A model generated the notes under the pieces. The model did no database searches and was not told where the DNA came from. It saw nothing but the letters and a program-made list of their open reading frames with translations. 64,000 nt of DNA. Source: Heptranchias perlo (lineage: Eukaryota). How positions within the stretch are numbered: the stretch's first letter is position 1; each line of letters opens with the position of its first letter. The stretch is from assembly GCF_035084215.1 (NCBI RefSeq), contig NC_090349.1, positions 10,416,001 through 10,480,000 of the forward strand, given 5' to 3'. Position numbers and translations under genes: made by a program. Positions 39,405 through 53,195 of this stretch are shown here, piece by piece.

Positions 39405-39917
39405 TATGATATTAAAGGTAGCGTGGTAGTATGGATAGACCGAGCCTTTGGCTTTGTGGTAGCACTCCCGCCTCTCAGTCACAAGGTAAAGGGTTCGTAG
39501 ACCCACTCCAGACAGCCCAGATGAATGGAGACTAGAATATGGTCTCTAAATACTGGGTTGATATCCAGCGAGATACTTGCACCTGGATAGAGACCACTAG
39601 CTCAGTAGTAGCATTCCCACCTCTGAGTCAGAAGGGCTGGGTTTGGGCCCCACTCCAGACAGCCCCTGTGCCAGCTCTGAATACTGGACTGATGCCCAAT
39701 AGGGGTGCTTGCATCTGATGGTTGTGTGTGGCCCTTCCCCCCATTGTAAGGGGAGGTGGGGCTCTTTAGCTTTGGTACTAGCCCATCTAGAAGGTAATCT
39801 GAAGATAAAAACCATGAAGAAGGCAACGGGAAGCCAACTTTTCCCTAGTAAATGGCTGAAGAATCTCATGTGTGCAACTTGAGTTGGGACCTACCCTAGG
39901 ACAGAACAGGATGGATT

Positions 39918-40008
39918 TTTATTATTTTTTATTATTCGTTCACGGGATGTGGGCGTCGCTGGCAAGGCCGGCATTTATTGCCCATCCCTAATTGCCCTCG
40001 AGAAGGTA
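39918..40008 (-). mobile_element. Very short 3' end of the 9060-10087 LINE family
   Basis: gggatgtgggcgtcgctggc.aggccggcatttattgcccatccctaattgccct, almost identical to 9077-9131. Confidence 0.8.
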
Positions 40009-40279
40009 GTATGGATAGGGAACCAGAAAGGGGAAAAGAAGATAATGCAAACTGCTGAGGGATTGAGAATGTAAACTAGAAAGGGGTTAGGGCAATATAA
40101 AGTTCAGAGAATGTAGAACAGAAAGGGAAAGAGGATAAAAAAGAGTGGGGGGGGGGGGGGGGGGAAGAGAGATAAAACATTGGAAGGGGGTAAGAGAATG
40201 TAAACCAGAAAGGGAATGGAAAGAATATGTAAATCAGAAGTAAGAAACTATGGAGGAGGTAAAGAGAGAGAAAAAAGTC

Positions 40280-40378
40280 ATACACAGAAGGAAGAAGAGC
40301 GAAAGAGAGGCACACACAGAAGGAACAGGAGCGAAAGAGAGGCGCACACACAGAAGGAACAGGAGCGAAAGAAGAGAC
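40280..40378. repeat. Purine-rich tandem repeat, about 3 copies of a ~30-bp unit
   Basis: cacacagaaggaacaggagcgaaagagagg repeated. Confidence 0.8.
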
Positions 40379-41340
40379 AGAGGTGGAAGCAAAATCCATA
40401 ATACCTTTGTAAAGGGAAGTGGATAAATACTTTTTAAAAAGGGTATGGAGAAAGGGACTAAGTAGACACCTCTTTGAGACAGCCAGCACAGGCACGATGG
40501 GCCAAATGGTCTCCGTGTACCATTTTTTAATACTTTTTCTCCCCGCAATCACCACCTCATCTGAAGGCACTGAAGACTCAGGAACAGCTCCACAGGCACC
40601 AGGCTGCCCTCTTATATCTTGTCCAAGGTGCTGTTCATGTGAACTGACAGCAAATGTCAGCAGGCTGATTAGTCATGGGGAGCATCACAGCCAAATCTGA
40701 TCCTGTCCTCAAGTGACATTCACACACGCTTGCACTTTCCAGTAGGAGTCACTGGATAGCAATCAGGAGTGGGAAGCCTGGCTGATATTTTTCTCTCCTC
40801 AACCCAAAGCTCTGAAGTTGACTGTAACAAGCTTATTGCTACAGCAGCTAACTTAGTAAAGAATGGGGATTAAATGTAGGAGCTTTTTGGTCTATGTATG
40901 ATAATCCCACTCTGGGCGATACAAATATCAACAGAGCCATCAAGGGAGCTGGGAATGTCACTTGAAATATTGTTCATAATGAAGACTATTAAAGGGCTCA
41001 ATAGGAGATAAATTAGTCAATGATTACAGAAGTTACCTTTGGAAACAATAGCATTGCTTATGTTCTGCTGTGTAGGTATGAGTCATACATACAGACGTGG
41101 TCCTGTGTCCTACTTTGCACTACGTCGACCTCAAATTCAAGGACAATCTTTACTGCATTATTTCCTTATTAAAGTGCAAAGCATCAGTGAAATAAACATC
41201 CCAGAGGAACTGATATGGCTGCAATACAATCTTAAATTTATTACATTAACAAACCATTTATGATGAGTGTCCTATTTTTTCTAGAATGGTAATAGAATTG
41301 ATCTCCTGTGTCATTGCTCATTGACTTCTATGTATTGGCT

Positions 41341-42220
41341 TAAGAACATAAGAAATAGGAGCAGGAATAGGCAATACGACCCCTTGAGCCTGCACCGCCA
41401 TTCAACAAGATCATGGCTGATCTTCGACCTTAACTCCACTGTCCCACCCAATCCCTATATCCCTTGATTCCCTTAAAGAGTCCAAAAATATATCGATCTC
41501 AGTCTTGAATATACTTAACGACTGAGCATCCACAGCCCTCTGGGGAGAATTCTAAAGATTCAGTACCTTCTGAGTGAAGAAATTCCTCATCTCAGTCCTA
41601 AATGTCCGACCCTTTATCCTGAGACTATGTCCCCTAGTTCTAGACTCTCCAGCCAGGGGTAACATCCTCTCAGCATCTTCCCTGTCAAGCCCTCTTAGAA
41701 TCTTATATGTTTCAATGAGATCACCTCTCATTCTTCTAAACTTGAGAGTATAGGCCCATTCTACTCAGTCTCCTCTCCTAGGACAACCCTCTCATCCCAG
41801 GAATCAATCTAGTGAACCTTTGTTGCATCGCCTCGGAGGCTAATATATCCCTCCTTAGGTAAGGAGACCAAAACTGCACACACTACTCCAGGTGTGGTCT
41901 CACCAAAGCCCTGTACAATTGCATCAAGACTTCCTTACTCTTGTACTCCAACCCCCTTGCAATAAAGGCCAGCATGCCATTTGCCTCCCTAATTGCTTGC
42001 TGCACCTGCATATTAACTTTCTGTGTTTCTGTACAAAGACACCCAAAGGCCTCTGAACACCAACATTTAATAGTTTCTCACCATTTAAAAAATATTCCTT
42101 TTTTTAAAATGGTGAAAGTGAATAACCTCACATTTCCCCACATTATACTCCATCTGCCACCTTCTTGCCCACTCACTTAACCTGTCGATATCCCTTTGCA
42201 GACTCTTTGCGTCCTCCTCA
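41341..42220 (-). mobile_element. CR1 LINE 3' fragment
   Basis: taagaacataagaaataggagcagga tail; reverse-strand ALVRPHLE-type RT sequence. Confidence 0.85.
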
Positions 42221-45200
42221 TAGAAGCTGCAGGGCTTTACTCAACACATTATAATTGGAAGTAGAATCCTTGCTCTCCCACTTATTCCCTCAGCCTCAAA
42301 GCCTGCCTCACTGTGGCCTCATTCGATGCCCTCTTCTGATATTTTAATTCACAACTTCTCCCCACAAATATGTTATTACTTGATTTGTTGCACAGTTGTA
42401 CAAACTCTGGCCTGTTTCCCCATTTATTTTCCCCAACTATATGGTTCAGAAAATAAAGCCAGGAATTCAGCTAGGCTTTTCATATGGGAGGCATCTGGAG
42501 ACCTCTGCACACAGGGAGTTTGGATGGTATCTGCTTTGCAATCCTGGCTGCTTGGCCCTTCTGGGAAATGTAGACCCAAAAGGTCAGAAATCAGCTGGTC
42601 AAGTGGGGACTGTGAAGTATGGAGTGGGGGAATGAGAGTGTCCTCTGATTACAGGCTGTTTAGAGACCCAGTGGGTACATCCTGCTAAGGGTATCTAAAT
42701 GAAGTGAGTGAGGAACTATCATGGAGAATCTCTTTTTCTGAAATGTGACTGGGTAAAATGTGTTTGAAATTGGGCAAAAATATTACACAATGATTCCTTT
42801 TGTTATTCATCAAGTAGAAGACAACCAATTAGAAAAATGAAAAACAGACAAATACTTGACCAGTGAAGATGAATAAAATTGACTGATTGCTTGATACAGA
42901 GGAAAGATTCAACAGGTTTGACAAACAAGAAATTCAACATGCATAACATATACAAGTAGTTTTATTATAAAGATGTGTCTATTTTGAAAGCCAAGATTAA
43001 ATTGAAAGCTTCAAGGATGAAGAGGCTGAGCACAACCTGCACTACCTAGTGTGGTACTGGGTCATACAAGACAAGGAGGGCCTTAAATTTAACTTCTGGC
43101 CTTCGCTAACTTATCTCAGTGTAGTCGGTACAATGGCCACAGCATCCTTGAGCTATCAGCCATTATTGCAGCTCTTGATTGTTACATTTCTACCACAGGT
43201 TACAAGTTATGAATATGGCCATCAAGTAAGGGGAAGATCAGGCTAGATGATGAAATTCTCCACAGTCAAGCAGACTGCTGACACCCAATCAAGGTTCACA
43301 CATGACAAATGGGCACTTGGGCAAAGTGGAGTGGTCTGCAGGCATCCTTGAAACTGTACTCAGGTCTGAATCAGCTTTCAGGAGAAACATTGGAAAAAAG
43401 GAAATCAACGGATATGAAAATCGGGCGGTTTCTAGAATGGCGGGTGATCCGCTATGTCAGTTTTATACCCGGGTGGCAATTTGAAAATCTACCCCCATGA
43501 TTCCGAGTAAGACAAGTAATGCAACTGGGGAAAGTGCCGATATTCCTTTAAAAGACATTTTGGCCACAAAGCTCCTGCATGTCCACACCTTTCATGCAAC
43601 AACTTTCATTCTTTGAGCTGGAGGAGGCTCAGTGGTGCAGCTGCAAGGACTGATAACTTTTATGACAAGTGGAAAATACCATTCCTTTTGCACTGGAATG
43701 GATGAAATCTGTGTAGATGTTAATAGAATACATTGAAAATAACAGAACAGTATCAACATCAATCAAAAAAACCCCAGACACAAAGGATATAAAATTTTGT
43801 GTAAACAAACGTTAGTGCAGAGAATGGGATATTAAACCCACACCCGTAAGATTAGCATTAATGGATAATCACATCTAATGAAATAACCACTGCCTAGAGC
43901 TCCACAATACTTCTGTCTAGGAGGATGAGAAGTTGGATATGCGGTCGATAGTCTTTAGATGAATAGTCATTCTTTGCGTAAAGAAATCTACCTTTTAATT
44001 TCATTTATTATAGTCCACATACCACATGGGTGCTCTCTACACCCAGCGGAATGGGTCTAGAATGGGAGGAGATGGAAACGGAAACGTTAACTGAGTAGGT
44101 CTGGTGGGGAGGGAATTTCACTCATCTGATCTGCAAGCCCCTATACAACCCACATGGGGTTATCACCAATTTCCTTCACGACGGCCCATGATAATCCCTG
44201 CAGTCATAATTGTCTTTCCACAGGTAGAAGCTGCACTGATATTGGGATCTCCCTCAACCCAAGGAGGAAGTCAGACAATGGCTGTCTAACCTGCTGTCAT
44301 GCACAAGTCTATTAACTACACCTACACCAGCGGTCAGTTATCAAGATTACTTAATATCAGGAACTAATAAGGAAGATCATGTTAGTGCAGCCATAACTAG
44401 TTCTTCCTCAGGATCAATGCCAAATGTTGGCTAGAAGCCATGTTTTCCTTCATTTACCTGTTTTCTGATACACCTACTTGAATTTTGCAGTGCTACATCA
44501 AGGCTTGTCAACCTTGACAATGAACTGTACCTTGAGCTCATTGCTCCAGATGTTACCATCTTCTCAATTCTGTCCCCATGGGAAGTGAATGCTCTTTACA
44601 GAAGGACTTGCGTTGTTCACACATCTGCTGTCTTTCTCTCTCGAGTTAACATAACCATTTTAGTCTGAATAATGTCAGTGAACCTCTGAAACTTGCATTT
44701 CTTGGTTACAAAACTGTCCATCAACAGGAGACACTAAAAGTACTCTGCACAAACATTAATCAAATAGAAATAGCTTTCTACAACCTATGAAGTCCCGAAT
44801 GGCAGAAAGTATCAAAAAGTTAGAGAACATTTCTCAAGTCTTCAGAAAAATTTGGGTATGTGACCTGCCATTTTGGACGTTTTTCTCTCCTGCAGTGATA
44901 AAGATCACAAACCGACAAGAAAAGAAAAGAAATGAAGCTGTTACATAGATAAGAATGTCTTGAAGTTAACTATAAAAACAATGGGAGATTCGTGAGGTTG
45001 GTCATTGGGACTCAGGCTAATGGGATAGTAAGAAATTGAATTAAATTTTTGAAAATTGGTAATTGAAAAAAAAATTCTATAGTAAAAAAATCTGTGCTAT
45101 ATAATTACAGATTGTAAGATTTACAGTTTCAATACAATCTGATTTACAGTCCTAACTCATTAGGAGCAGCAAACAAGTTTTAGTAGAGGAGTTTACCTTG

Positions 45201-46574
45201 GTGAGGTTTGAGTTCCTCTGTTATAGGGTAGCCGCTGCAATCAGGCAGAGGTTTATCTTATCATAGAATCATAGAAAGTTACGGCACAGGACGTCATTCA
45301 GTCCATCGTGTCCGTGCCAGCCGAAAGAGCTATCCAGCTTAATGCCATTTTCCAGCACTTGGTCTGTAAGCCCTGTAGGTTACGGTACTTCAAGTGCACA
45401 TCTAAGTACTTTTTAAATGAGTTGAGGTTATCTGCCTCTACCATCCTTTCAGGCAGTGAGTTTTAGACCCCCACCACCCTCTGGGGGGAAAAAAATTCTC
45501 CTCAGCTCCCCTCTAATCCTTCTACCAATTACTTTAAATCTACGCCCCCTGGTCACTGACCCCTCTGCTAAGGGAACTAGGTCCTCCCTATCCACTATCT
45601 AGTCCAGTCATAATTTTATATACCTCAAGTAAATCTCCCCTCAGCTTCCTTTGTTCCAAAGAGAAACAACCCCAATCTTTTCTCATAGCTAAAATTCTCC
45701 AGCCCTGGCAACATCCTCATAAATCTACTCTGTACCCTCTCTGGTGCAATCACATCTTTCCTGTAATGTGGTGACCAGAACTGTACGCAGTACTCAAGCT
45801 GTGGCCTAACCAATGTTTTATACAGTTCTAGCATAACCTCCCCGCTCTTGTACTCTATGCCTCAGCCAATAAAGGAAAGTATCCTATATGCCTTTTTAAC
45901 CACCTTATCTACCAGTCCTGTTACCTTTGGAGATCTGTGGACATGCACCTCCAAGGTCCCATCGTTCCTCCATACCTCTCAGTATACTCCCATTTATTGT
46001 GTACTCCCATGCCTTGTTTGCCCTCACCAAATGCATTACATTACAATTCTCTGGATTGAATTCCATTTGCCACTTTTCTGCCCACCTGACCAGTCCAATG
46101 ATATCTTCCTGCAGTGTACAGCTTTCCTCCTCACTACCAACCACTCAGTCAATTTTTGTATCATCTGCAAACTTCTTGATCAAGCTCCCCACATTCAAGT
46201 CCAAATCATTAATATATACCACAAAAAGCAAGGGACCTAGTACTGAGCCTTGCGGGACCCCACTGGAAACAGCCTTCCAGTCGCAAAAACGCCCATCAAC
46301 CATTACTCTTTGCTTCCTGCCACTGAGCCAATTTTGGATCCAACTAGCTACTTTCCCTTGGATCCCATGGGCTTTTACTTTTTTTGACCAGTCTGCCATG
46401 TGGGACCTTGTCAAAAGCCTTGCTAAAATCCATGTACACTACATCAAACGCATTACCCTCATCGACCCTCCTTGTTACCTGCTTAAAAATTTCAATCAAG
46501 TTAGTCAGACACGACCTTCCCTTAACAAATCCATGCTGACTGTCCTTGATTAGCCCGTGCCTTTCTAAATGATG

Positions 46575-46734
46575 TGGAGTATCACCAGGCATTGTTCTGT
46601 GATTTTCAAATGCGAAGGATTCGAAAATGTCATTTCCATACCGTTCACCTGACGAAGGAGGAAGCCTCCGAAAGCTTGTGGAATTTAAAATAAATTTGTT
46701 GGACTATAACTTGGTGTTGTAAAATTGTTTACAA
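46575..46734 (+). mobile_element. Short Penelope-like terminal-repeat insert carrying a hammerhead ribozyme motif, 13-bp TSD
   Basis: TSD tttctaaatgatg at 46562-46574 and 46735-46747; homologous to 61997-62098. Confidence 0.75.
46644..46682 (+). ncRNA. Minimal type I hammerhead ribozyme motif
   Basis: ttcac-CTGACGA-a-ggagg-aag-cctcc-GAAA-gctt-gtgga: conserved core boxes, 5-bp stem II, stem I ttcac/gtgga, palindromic AAGCTT in place of stem III. Confidence 0.75.
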
Positions 46735-49700
46735 TTTCTAAATGATGATCATGCTGTCCCTCAGAATCAATTCCAATAACTTGCCCAGCACCGAGGTTAG
46801 ACTGACTGGCCTATAATTACTCGGTCTATCTCTTTCTCCCTTTTTAAACAATGGTACAACCTTAGCAGTCCTCCAATCCTCTGGCACCACGCCTGTAGCC
46901 AGGGAGGATGGATTGGAAAATTATGGTCAGAGCCTCCGCTATTTCCTTCCTTGCTTCTCCTAGCAGCGTGAGATACGTTTCATCCGTTTCATCCAGGCCT
47001 GGCAATTTATGTACTTTCAAAGATGCTAAACCCCTTAATATTTCCTCTTGCACGATGTTTATCCCATCCAATATTTCACACACCTCCTCCTCAACTACAA
47101 TCTCTGCATCATCCCCCTCTTGTGTGAAGAGACACAAAGTATTCATTAAGAACCACACCCACAACTTCAGCTTCCACACATAGGTTACCCTTTTGGTCTC
47201 TAATAGGCCCTACTCTCTCCTTAGTTAACCTCTTGCTCTATGTATTTATAAAACATTTTTGGGTTTTCGTTAATTTTACTTGCCAGTATTTTTTCATGCC
47301 CTCACTTTGCTTTCCTAATTTATTTTTTAATTTCATCCCTGCACTTTCTATACTCCTCTAGGTTTTCTGTAGTATTGAGCTCTTGGTGTCTGATATATGC
47401 TTCCCTTTTTTGCCTTATCTTACCCTGTATGCTCCTAGTCATCCAGGGGGCTCTAGATTTGGCAGTGCCACCCTTTTTCTTTGTGGGAACATGTTTACTC
47501 TGAACCCCTTGAATCCCTCCCACTGATTTACCTTCAAGTAGCTGTTTCCAGTCCACTTTTGCTAAATCACTTCTCAGCTTAGTAAAATTGGCCGGTCCCC
47601 AATTTAGAACTTTTATGCCTGTTCTATTTCTGTCCTTTTCCATAACTATGCTAAATCTAACTGAATTACGATCACTACCACCTTGAATCCCTCCCACTGA
47701 TACTCCTTCCACCTGCCCAGCTTCATTCCCTAAAACTACATCCAGAACTGTCCCCCCGCTTGTTGGGCTTGCTACGTACTGGCTAAAAAAGTTCTCCTGA
47801 ATGCAATTTAAGAATTCTGCGCTCTCTATGCCTTTTGCAATGATTGTATCCCAGTTAATATACTTTTGACCTTATGGATTTTGTGAAGGGAAGAAATTTT
47901 AGTGCTGGGGAATGGGACATTATTCATTTCAGACAATCAGTATCAGCACTCCCAGGTTAGGCACAGCATGGGCAGATATGGGGAAAATCTCCCTTGTCTG
48001 CCCCAAGCTCAGAAGAGGATCTGCTGTACTAACAACTGTGACATTATTCCATTTCCCACACAATGATCCTTTGGCCTTTTTCAATGCGAATGACAATTTT
48101 GTGCCAACTAGTGGACAAGTAGGGGCAAATTCTGAAATGTCGAGTTATGCCCACTGGGAACTGCATTGGGATTGCTGAGGTTTATAATAAGTTGGTTGCT
48201 GACAACGTTTGGTTCTATATAGCGTGTTATTAATAGGATGTGTATAAAACAAATTACATTTTCAGTTTATTATTAAATAATCGTAATTGCTTTATTAAGA
48301 TAAATCCAGAAGTTAATGAAAATAAATATAAAACTAATTGGATAGGCTCTGTACTGTCTCTAGTTAAGTTAAACACAGATGTTTCATTTAGTGTCACACT
48401 GGGCTGCATAGTCAGGGCACAGTGTTTCATTGTAGACCATTCCCCTAACAATTACTGAACCCCCCCCCACCCCGCCCCCTCCACCTCTTCTGGAACTGAG
48501 GGCTAATAGATTAAAATCAGTTATTTCTAATGAAACAGAAAAACATAAATAACTTTAAAATTGGCAAAAGACTTGCTCAATACCAGCACAATGTGGACTA
48601 GGGTCATGATCTCAAATCTGCCCACCTGTCCTCGTGAGGAGGTTCTGTAGACAGCATTGATCACAGCATGTTTGAGAACACCTCTCTGTGGTAGCAGCTT
48701 TAAATTCTGCAGTCTGTGATGTTCTAGTGTCCAGTGAAGAGAGCTGTGCAGAGGAGAGGGGTCCAGAATGAACAGAAGGTAATTGTGAGGCTAAAGTATT
48801 CAGTACTTAAAATATGGATTCAAAGAAACAGTAAGTTCTATCTGCTGTGTAACAGAAAGGCCAGCGAGTTAAGCTGCACCCAGGCAACTGCTAGGCCAAG
48901 TGCAGAAGTAGCCTGGGCTGACTCGCACTCCAATTTATCCTCCTCCACCACGAGCACCTAGCCACCCCTTCTCCAAATCAGCTCCAACCATGATTAGGAT
49001 CTAGCCTGTCGAGAATGTCCCACGTCAATACAGAGGTCATCAAGACAAAAGATCTCAGTACTGGCAAGTGAAACCTTTTTGCCAAATTTTAAAATCAATG
49101 AGTGTTGGCATCCAGCTCTCTTAGATCGCATCAGGTACAGCACAGCTAGCGCAAAGTAAAGCTCCCTTACTCTGCCCCAAAATGTGTACCATAACCCTTC
49201 CTTCCTTTCTCTACACCACCCCACCCCTGTCCCTACGCCATCGTTGCGAATTCTTCCACTCCCTAGTGATTTTGCCAAATTTTATGCCAATTAAAGCCAA
49301 ATCAGCAGAGATGTGTGCTCTGGACTTATATAAGCTGATGGAACTGTTGTTAAGATTACCCACATTTACTTCACATATAGGACCATTCTAGCTAAAAGAA
49401 AGGAGGTTTGCATCCCATCAGACTGGCGGCATTCAAGTGTGAAAGTTCTTATTTTTTTCTGTAATTAACATAAGACCTGGTATACAAGTCATACTTAAAT
49501 ACAGATTTTCATAAGCTGGGGGTGCAAATGATAATTAACTTTTGCTGCTCAGCTATTGAATGTGTTTTTTGTCTTTTATGCCATAAGAGTTTCTGTGCTT
49601 TCCAAGAAAATCAGTAATCCAGTTGTAGCTGAATTTGCAGGAAAGGAGTAGAATGGTGCTGACTTTTCAGCATTAGATTCCATATCCCTCCAAATATTAA

Positions 49701-49995
49701 TATGAACACCATAAAGGGGTGGCAGCCAGTCTCTGCAATTCAATTAAAAAAAAAATTAAAATGTCACTGTAAGAATATTCAAAAAGTGGCTCACATCAAC
49801 ATGAGGGGGATAAAATAGTGTTTAAAGCTGATCGATGGCAGCAGTTCTATCCAGTGCACGTTACGATGGAGGTTAGATACAGTTGCCATCTTGGTCATTA
49901 ACCCATCGTCAACGACTAGTTGACATTTTAAGGCAGGCCATGGCCAGGTAAACTGCAGAGAGTTTAAAATTAAATGTCAAAATGAATGCACGTAT

Positions 49996-50525
49996 TCAGA
50001 AATTAACCGCTCTTAGTTTCTTCTCCTCTTCCTCAGTGAGTGGCTCCTCCTTCAGCAGTCGGCTGTGCAGCTTGTGGTGCTTGCCGATACCAAGTTTAGG
50101 CAGCCCACGGTTCAGCCCCTCCAGCAGAACACAGGCCTTGCAGAGCTTCTGGCTGGAAATGTAACCACAGCGGGTGCAGGTGCCCTGTGTGGGCATCTTC
50201 ACATCCTCCTTCACAGAAAGGTTCTCTCCCGAGTGAATCACATCCATAATGGCACTGGCCCGGATAGACTCCAGGTCTTTCAGGAAAGCACGGGCATAGC
50301 CCCGGTATGCGTTAGGGGAATACACACATTCCGTGGAGAAGTAGTCCAGTTTCTTGAAGTAAGCATACAGCACAATCTCTTTCTCATAAGCGTACTTGAG
50401 TGGTTTGCAGCGAGGGATGGCCCCCTCGCTCCCCGTGGTGATCGAGGTGCAGCGGCGAAGTCGAGCAATGTCTCCACGCAGGAAGTTCATCAGGACAGTC
50501 TCGGCAACGTCATCGGCGTTGTGAC
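49996..50525 (-). CDS. CTU1: Cytoplasmic tRNA 2-thiolation protein 1, last coding exon
   Basis: [38 protein letters not shown], CxxCGYISSQxxCKAC; acceptor ccttctgccag|GT; TGA at 49996-49998. Confidence 0.97.
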
Positions 50526-50624
50526 CTGGCAGAAGGGGGAGAAAGGACACTGTTAACTCTTCAACCCACAGATACACTCACTTATTAATGGACAGACAGC
50601 ACGCAACTCAACAAGCCGGCTGAG

Positions 50625-52275
50625 TGCAGAAGACACAGCAAAGGCTATGGGCACCAATAACATCCCGGCTGTGGTGCTAAAGACCTGTGCTCCAGAACTA
50701 GCCGCGCCTCTGGCTAAGCTATTCCAGTACAGCTACAACACTGGCATCTACCAAACAAAGTGGAAAATTGCCCAGGTATGTCCTGTCCACAAAAAGCACG
50801 ACAAATCCAATCCGGCCAATTACCGCCCCATCAGTCTACTCTCAATCATCAGCAAAGTGATGGAAGGTGTCGTCGACAGTGCTATCAAGTGGCACTTGCT
50901 CACCAATAACCTGCTCACCAGTGCTCAGTTTGGGTTCCGCCAGGACCACTCGGCTCCAGACCTCATTACAGCCTTGGTCTAAATGGCGAAGATTAACCCT
51001 TTTTAGTACTGAATGTCTTTTGGAACTTGCACATTTGTTACCTGCCAAAAATGTTTTTTTTTGGCAGGTAACAAAAGAGCTGAATTCCAGAGGTGAGGCA
51101 AGAGTGACCTCCCTTGACATCAAGGCAGCATTTGACAGAGTATGGCATCAAGGAGCCCTAGTAAAATTGAAGCCAATGGGAATCAGGGGCAAAACTCTCC
51201 AATGGCAAAACGCTCCAGTGGCTGGAGTCACACCTAGCACAAAGAAAAATGGCAGTGGTTGTTAGAGGTCAATCTTCTCAGCCCCAGGGTGTCGTTGCAG
51301 GAGTCCCTCACGGCAGCGTCCTAGGCCCAACCATCTTCAGCTGCTTCATCAATGACCTTCCCTCCATCATAACGTCAGAAGTGGGGATGTCCGCTGATGA
51401 TTTCACAGTTTTCAGTTCCATTCGCAACCCCTCAGATAATGAAGCAATCCGTGCCCGCATGCAGCAAGACCTGGACAACATCCAGGCTTGGGCTGATAAA
51501 TGGCAAGTAACATTCATGCCAGACAAATGCCAGGCAATGACTATCTCCAACAAGAGAGAGTCTAACCACCTCCCCTTGACATTCAACGGCATTACCATTG
51601 CCGAATCCCCCACCATCAACATCCTGGGGGTCATCATTGATCAGAAATTTAACTGGACCAGCCATATAAATACAGTGGCTACAAGAGCAGATCTTGTAGC
51701 CACTGTATTCTGCGGCGAGCGATTCACCTCCTGACTCCCCTAAGCCTTTCCACCATCTACAAAACACAAGTCAGAAAAGTGATGGAACATTTTCCACTTG
51801 CCTGAATGAGTGCCACTCCAACACTCAAGAAGCTTGACAACATCCAGGACAAAGCAGCCCGCTTGATTGGCACCCCATCCACCACCTTAAGCATTCATTC
51901 CCTCCACCACCAGCACACTGTAGCGTGAACCATCTACAAGATGCATTCCAGCAACTCGCCAAGGCTTCTTCAACAGCACCTCCCAAATCCACGACCTCTA
52001 CCTACCAGAAGGACAAAGGCAGTAGGCGCATGGGAACACCACCAGCTGCATGTCCCCTCCAAGTCACACACAATCCTGACTTGGAAATATATCATCGTTC
52101 CTTCATCGTCGCTGGGTCAAAACCCTGGAACTCCCTATCCAACAGCACTGTGGGAGAACCTTCACCACATGAACTGCAGCGGTTCAAGACGACGGCTCAC
52201 CACCACCTTCTCAAGGGCAATTAGGGATGGGCAATAAATGCTGGCTTTGCCAGCGACGCTACATCCCATGAATGA
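50625..52275 (+). mobile_element. CR1/L2-group LINE RT fragment in the CTU1 coding intron
   Basis: NYRPISLLSIISKVME, DIKAAFDRVWH, GSVLGPTIFSCFINDLP; 3' end gaatgaattaaaaaa. Confidence 0.88.
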
Positions 52276-52429
52276 ATTAAAAAAAGCCACTGCACTTCAA
52301 GGAAAAACTAATTCATTTTGTAAAAGGCTTTTGAGATGTTTTGAAATAATGTGTTACATAAGTGCAATTATCATCAACTTAGAAGGGATCATGTCACAAG
52401 TGGGGCAAGTTCAGCTAATCCAGTACTCT

Positions 52430-53195
52430 GCACCCACAGTGCTCTCCCAAGATCCACATCCTTATTTTCAAATCCATCTATGGCCTTATTCTTCCTATTT
52501 GGGAACTTTTTTCTAGTCACTCATCCCATCCCAAATCCCTCCATTCCTGACTCCAGATTACTCTCGTCCCCCAGCCTCTTCACACCACCTTCAAGAGGCT
52601 GCACTTTCAGCCATTATGTCTTGCCCTCGAATTCTCTTCCAAACAATCTTGCCTTGGTGCCTATTTTCCTGCCATCAATGTATCCTGAAATCTTTGTCCT
52701 CACCGGTGCTTTTGGTCTCTTGCCCACTCCGCCCAACTTTCTTCACTTCTCGGTCTCCCTTTGTCAAGCGGTCAGAGACATTCTTTTGCCATATAAAGGC
52801 AAGTTGTTGTATTGATCCTTTTTTTTCTCCTCACTCTTAAGTGCCACAATACTGGAGTTCATATACACTGCCACAGCACCTCCTTTTCTCCCAATACAGT
52901 CTCTGCCAAACAATTTATATCCTTCCAGCTATGTATCCCATTGATCGGAATCATTCCACCATATCTCTGTGATGCTAATGATGTCCAATCTATTAACCCA
53001 TGCAAGATCTTTCAAATCATACATCTTATTTGTCAGGCTTCTTGCATTAATGCAAACATAGCAACAATGCTTTTTACTGTTCCCATTTACTCTTAACACT
53101 TTTACTTTGTTTATCTCCTGCCCTCAGCCACCTCAGTGATTGACTTTGGGAACATATCATGTTAAAGGTGCCATATAAGTGCAAGCTGTTGTTGT
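52430..53195 (+). mobile_element. L2 3'-end relics
   Basis: Tails atataaaggcaagttgttg (~52790) and atataagtgcaagctgttgttg (~53175). Confidence 0.5.

Larger units (their letters stand above)
45260..47860 (-). mobile_element. Decayed CR1 LINE (endonuclease to 3' tail)
   Basis: QHGFVKGRSCLTNL, DFSKAFDKVPH, GVPQGSVLGPLLFVVYINDL, KFADDTK; tail catagaatcatagaa. Confidence 0.9.

Noticed and set aside
40076-40570. 164-aa ORF and CRISPR-like periodicity
   Set aside because: A purine-rich simple tandem repeat without unique spacers in a vertebrate context; the ORF is a low-complexity artefact.
8730-49990. U4 snRNA genes expected from human PXN-SIRT4 synteny
   Set aside because: I found no AGCTTTGCGCAGTGGCAGTATCG-like sequence on either strand by eye; a covariance search is needed to exclude it.
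50065-50556. Antisense ORFs over CTU1 (and 63084-63647 over SIRT4)
   Set aside because: Shadow frames of real coding exons, with no independent support.
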